Below, one piece after another: positions 59,451 through 64,000 of a stretch of 64,000 nucleotides of DNA (position 1 is the first letter of the stretch; the number at the start of each line of letters is the position of its first letter). The stretch comes from Carcharhinus amblyrhynchos (Eukaryota), in NCBI GenBank assembly GCA_965287045.1, contig OZ336875.1, positions 49,910,001-49,974,000 of the forward strand. Reading direction: 5' to 3'. The translations under genes and the position numbers were made by a program. The notes beneath the pieces were generated by a model, which ran no database searches, had not been told where the DNA came from, and was given only the letters and a program-made list of their open reading frames with translations.

Positions 59451-59701
59451 TTGACAGTAAGATCTTCAATATCCAGCGTGTGGGGTGAAAAGCAATGCGG
59501 GTTGATCAGAAATATTGGATAACAGCGAGTTTCATTTACCAATGGAAGATGGTGCAGTACTTGTAGTGTGAAATAATATGCGAAGACCAGTATTTTGTTT
59601 TACTTCTAATCTTCAATAGTACATTGAGGCATAGATTAAAGAATGAAATAATACAGTATATAGATGTGGGTTCCAGACAACTTTGGCATTGTTTCCGTTG
59701 G

Positions 59702-59980
59702 TCGGCACGGTGGTACAGTGATTAGCACTGCTGCCTCACAGCGCCAGAGACCTGGTTCAGTTCTAGCCCTGTCATGGTCTGTGTGGAGTCCACACTTTCT
59801 CCCCGTGTCTGCATGGGTTTTCCCTGGGTGCTCTGGTTTCCTCCCACACTCCAAAAATATGAGGGTTACGTTGATTGTCAGGGAGATTAGCAGGTAAATG
59901 TGTGGGATTACAGGAATGGGGCCTGGGTGGGATTGTAGTTAGTACAGACTCGATAGGCTGTACTGCAGGAATCCTATGGT
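59702..59980 (+). mobile_element. HE1-type SINE
   Basis: Same consensus. Confidence 0.8.
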
Positions 59981-60171
59981 GATTTGGGTTAGGGAAAGTC
60001 AGCAATTTCAGTTAGTTCAGAATTCTAGTTGGTAGAGTGCTGGATAACACCAGTGTTTCTGATGTCTGCTTAATTAGCTGATATTTAGATCAGCCCTTCT
60101 ATGTTCTATGTTCTATATGGGCAGGATTTTCCAGCCATGCTTGCTTCAAGAAAATAAATCAGGAGATTGAT

Positions 60172-60441
60172 GTTTAGATCGGAATTGAGGAGGAACTTTT
60201 TCATTCAAAGGGTGGTGAATCTCTGGAATTCTCTGCCCATTGAAGTGGTGGAGGCTACCTCGCTAAATATATTTAAGTCACGGGTAGATAGGTTTTTGAC
60301 AGACAAGGGAATTAAGGGTTATGGGGAGAGAGCGGGAAAGTGGAACTGACCCACTTCAGATCAGCCATGATCTTATTGAATGGCGGGGCAGGCTTGAAGG
60401 GTTAGATGGCCGCCTCCTGCTCCTATTTCTTATGTTCTTAT
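60172..60441 (+). mobile_element. Short CR1 3' end, same or sister young subfamily
   Basis: [22 protein letters not shown], 3'UTR and TTCTTATG tail. Confidence 0.9.
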
Positions 60442-61806
60442 ATTAACTCCCTCATTTTGGATTAGAGTGGTCACAGCTCCCATCTGGTGCCACTTGGACG
60501 GCTGGTAACTGTCTGAGAAATCCTGCTTCCAACCTATTAATGGCCAATTATATAAATTGTTAAATGATAACTGTTAAACGATAGTCTTGGGCAGGCTTCC
60601 CACCGGCTTTAAACTGGGAGGTGGCTGGGGAAGGCTGTTGCAACTGGGGACCACGGTGTCCCATATAATCCAGCCCAGGTTTCTGTCTTGGCTATTAGAT
60701 CAAACCAATCTATACCTGTGCTATTAATTCACATATTTTGTTATTGTGAATTACTTATGATTTTAAGTATAGTGCCTTTAGTTTTTTTTTCCTGACGTCA
60801 ATTTAGTCTCTAATGCTCGATTATCTTAGCGCTCTTACTTTCCTGACCCACTGTGCTTATTTTTACTCGAATAGTTGCTCTGTTTTACACAAGCTTGACA
60901 TCTTTCTTGCTGCTTTTGAATTTACCCTTTCCTGACTCTTCTATCCCAGCTCCTTCATGTGTTTAAAGCCCTCTCTGCAGCTTGAATGATTTAATTTGCC
61001 AGGACATTGTCGGGTAACTGTCCAATAGAACAGTTTGCTCTTTTCCCAGCACTGGTGCCAGAATTAAAACCTCTGCTTCCCACGCAGTGCTTTCAGCCAC
61101 GCACTTAACCTTTAAACTGTTTATCCCAATATCAATTTGCATATGGTTTGGTAACAAGAGATTATTGCCCGTGTTTGGAGGCCTCCTCTAGCTCAGAGGT
61201 TAGAAATGGACCATGATGGCACTGTCTTTTTTTTTACTCTATTTTCTCTTACTGTTCGATTTTCTGTAGATTGCACCGTGATTGGTGCACTCAAGCCAGT
61301 GATACCTAAATTTAAACTCTTTGCTAATTTCAAAACTAATTCCTGTCAGTGTGCTGAGCATTTTATTTTGTTTTATTTTTGGTAGGGCAATGGAATTCGG
61401 GTCTGGTGACAGGGAATTTGATTTAGTGCCTAATGAAAATCTATATTGCTAATGGATTAAACAATCGTACAGTGATACAACACAGATGCAGACCTTTCAG
61501 CTTGTGTTTTTGGCCAGTCTTTTGAATGAGATATTTAATTCGTCTGCTCCCCTGCCCTTTCCTCACAGTCTGGCAAAGTTTTTCCTTTGAATACGTATCC
61601 ACTTTCTTTTTGAAAGTTAATATTGAACCTGCTTCTAATGGTCTTACTGGCAGTACATTCCAGATCACTGCAACTCAAAAAGTGTTACCTTATACTGCCC
61701 CTGGTGCTTTTGCCAATGATCTGACATTGGTGTTCATTGACCCTTCTGCCACAGTTGGTCCTTTGTTACTCTAACAAAATCCCTCATCATTTTGAACATC
61801 AATCAA

Positions 61807-62105
61807 GGCGGCACAGTGGTTAGCACTGCTGCCTCACAGAGTAAGGGACCCGGGTTTGATTCCTAGCTTGTGTCATTGTCTGAGCGGAGTTTGCACATTC
61901 CCTCAGTGCCTGCCTGGGTTCCCACTGGGTGCCCTGTTTCCTCCCACGGTTTGAAAGAAGTGCTGGTTAAGTGCATTGGCCATGCTAAATTCTCCCTCAG
62001 CGTACCCAAACAGGCACCGGAATGTGGCGACTCGGGATTTTTGCAGTAACTTTACTGTCGTGTTAATGTAAGCCTACTTGTAACACTAATAAGTAAATAA
62101 ACTTT
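61807..62105 (+). mobile_element. HE1-related SINE with an alternative 3' tail, inserted in an antisense CR1
   Basis: HE1-like head and core; tail GTAAGCCTACTTGTAACACTAATAA shared with the fragment at 49430-49585. Confidence 0.75.
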
Positions 62106-62714
62106 AATCTCCTTCAGCTTTCTCTGCTGTAAGGTGAATAAACCCACCTTCGCCACATTCCCTGGGACTTTTTTTGTAAATCTTTTGCACTCCTTCCAAG
62201 TCCTTATCCTTTCAAAATGTGGTGCCCAGAATTAGCTGAAGTCTAACCAGACTTGTTTTTACATAAAGGTCTAATGGAACTTTCTTACTTTTGTACTGTA
62301 TGTCCTTTCAATGAAGAATCCTAACATTCAAATCACACTCGACCCAATTTTGTGCCTGTCGAGTAGTGTGCTCTATTCTGGTTCAGAGGACAGTATGCTT
62401 TTATCTACAGTCATTTGCACTGTTATGTCATAAATGAAGTGAATAATTGCACATAGACCCTGAGTCAGGAGTGCAGCTTGTTATAAAAGGAGCTCAGATG
62501 CAAAAAAAAATCCAAAGCAAGAATGTATGGCTTGTTTTTCAAATTGATGTGAATCTGGTAAGCTCTATAAATGGCAGTGTGCCTATGGTCATGTTTCTGC
62601 AGCTGGGTTTGGAGCTGTGATGATAATCGGTTACCCTTTCCATCTCCTCTTCTTGTTTCCTTGGAGAAAGTAAACCACTCGTATGTTTGGAGACAGGGAG
62701 TTGAGAGTTATTAA

Positions 62715-62930
62715 AATAGAAAATGCTGCATAAACTCAGCATCTGTGGAGAGAATTACAGTTAACATTTCAAGGTCTAAATGACACTTCAACAGAGTTAA
62801 TGGCTTGGGTCATTTTGACCCAAAACGTTAACTCTGTTTCTCTCTCCACAGATACTGCCAGACGTGCTGAGTTTTTCCCGCATTTTCTGTTTTTATTGCC
62901 GATTGCCAGCATCTGCAGTATTTTGCTTTT
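62715..62930. mobile_element. Second Penelope-derived family, inverted pair
   Basis: Shared motif AAACGTTAACTCTGTTTCTCTCTCCACAGAT.CTGCCAGAC.TGCTGAG. Other copies at about 3190-3290, 3690-3810, 9866-9975, 13320-13395, 48930-49065. Confidence 0.6.
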
Positions 62931-62939
62931 AGTTGAGAG

Positions 62940-64000
62940 TTATTGTTGGGGAGAACATGATTAGACACAGGATTATTGTGGGTTCATAGCGTAAGTGCGT
63001 GACGGGTCACAGGGTTATTGTGGAGCCAGCATGTTGGGTCAAGGGATTGCAGGTTCGGCATATTGAGCCACAGGGTTATTGCAGGTTTGGCATGTTGAGC
63101 CACAACGGGATCAGCAAGTTGGGTCAAGTAGCTATTGTGGGCTCTACATGTTGGATCAAGGGGTTATTGAGAGGCCCACATGTTGAGTCAGCTGGTTGTT
63201 GCGTGATCAGTATGTTGGGTCAAGGGGCTATCACTGGGCCAGTGTGTTTGATCATACGCATTTTGCAGGGTTAGCAGGTCAGTGTGACAGGCTATGGGGT
63301 TATTCCAGGGTTGGTGTGACGGCCAAGTGTTATTCTGGGGTCAGCATGATAGGTCACTGGGTTCCTGTAGAATCAGCATGTCTGCTCACAGAGTTTTTGG
63401 GAGGTTAGTGTGTTGGATCACGGGGTTACTGAGAGGTCAGTGCATTGGATCATGGGGTTATTGGGAGGTCAGTGCGCTGGATCATGTGGTTATTGGGAGG
63501 TTAGTATGTTGGGTCACGGGGTTATTGGGAGGTCAGTGTGTTGGGTCACGGTTATTGGGACGTCAGTGTATTGGGCCATGGGGCTATTGGAGGTCAGTTG
63601 GATCATGGGGTTAGTGGGAGGTCAGTGTTTTGCCTTATGGGGTTACTGGGGGGTCAGTATGTTGGCTCATGGGGTTATTGGGACGTCACTGTTGGGTCGT
63701 GGGCTTATTGGAAGATCAGTGTGTTGGGTCATGGGGTTATTGGGACATCAGTGTTTTGGGTCATGGGATTATTGGGAGATCAGTGTGGTGGGTCACGGGG
63801 TTATTGGGAGGTCAGTGTGTTGGATCACGGTTATTGGGAGGTCAGTGTGTTGGATCATGGGACCATTGGGAGGTCAGTGTGTTGGATCATGGGGCCATTG
63901 GGAGGTCAGTGTGTTGGATCACGGGGTTATTGGGAGGTCAGTGCGTTGGGTCATGGGGTTATTGGGAGGTTGGTGTGTTGGGTCACGGGGTTATTAGGTG
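62940..64000. repeat. 32-bp minisatellite (GGGGTTATTGGGAGGTCAGTGTGTTGGATCAC), degenerate at left, runs off the window end
   Basis: Tandem periodicity read directly. Confidence 0.9.

Noticed and set aside
14281-62105. tRNA genes suggested by A/B-box sequences
   Set aside because: All are heads of SINEs followed by SINE core and tail; no full cloverleaf was seen.
62999-63997. Gly/Val/Trp-rich ORFs
   Set aside because: Translations of the 32-bp minisatellite.
56020-64000. PPP1R12 exon 2 (expected ACIDxN...GWxPLHAAASCG)
   Set aside because: Not found by eye; probably beyond the window end.

Overview
Vertebrate genomic DNA, almost certainly a shark or other elasmobranch, judged from abundant HE1-type tRNA SINEs, Deu-domain SINEs, CR1, Rex/Babar-like and Penelope fragments. 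Two protein-coding genes lie on the + strand. (1) The 3' 15 exons (1837-37969) of a secreted cysteine-rich gene were assembled by hand from canonical AG/GT sites with consistent phases. They give about 737 aa in this window: VWC, a Pro/Ser/Thr-rich insert, 3 more VWC, VWD, C8, TIL, stop. This is the BMPER/Crossveinless-2/Kielin (KCP) architecture, but the GDPH autocleavage motif reads GESH, one C8 cysteine pair is lost and the VWD is split over many exons, so it may be a distinct paralogue. (2) Exon 1 of a PPP1R12/MYPT-family gene (51871-52137) sits between two large minisatellites; the intron-1 array continues the exon reading frame for about 945 codons. Non-coding points of interest: a twin-priming (5'-inverted) young CR1, young CR1 copies nested in MITE-like TIR elements, Penelope-derived hammerhead-ribozyme motifs, and two abutting inverted duplications (39022-40659). 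Most of the short ORFs in the supplied track are noise or transposon remnants. Exon coordinates were counted base by base; TE boundaries are approximate and TE family names are by-eye recognition, not database hits.
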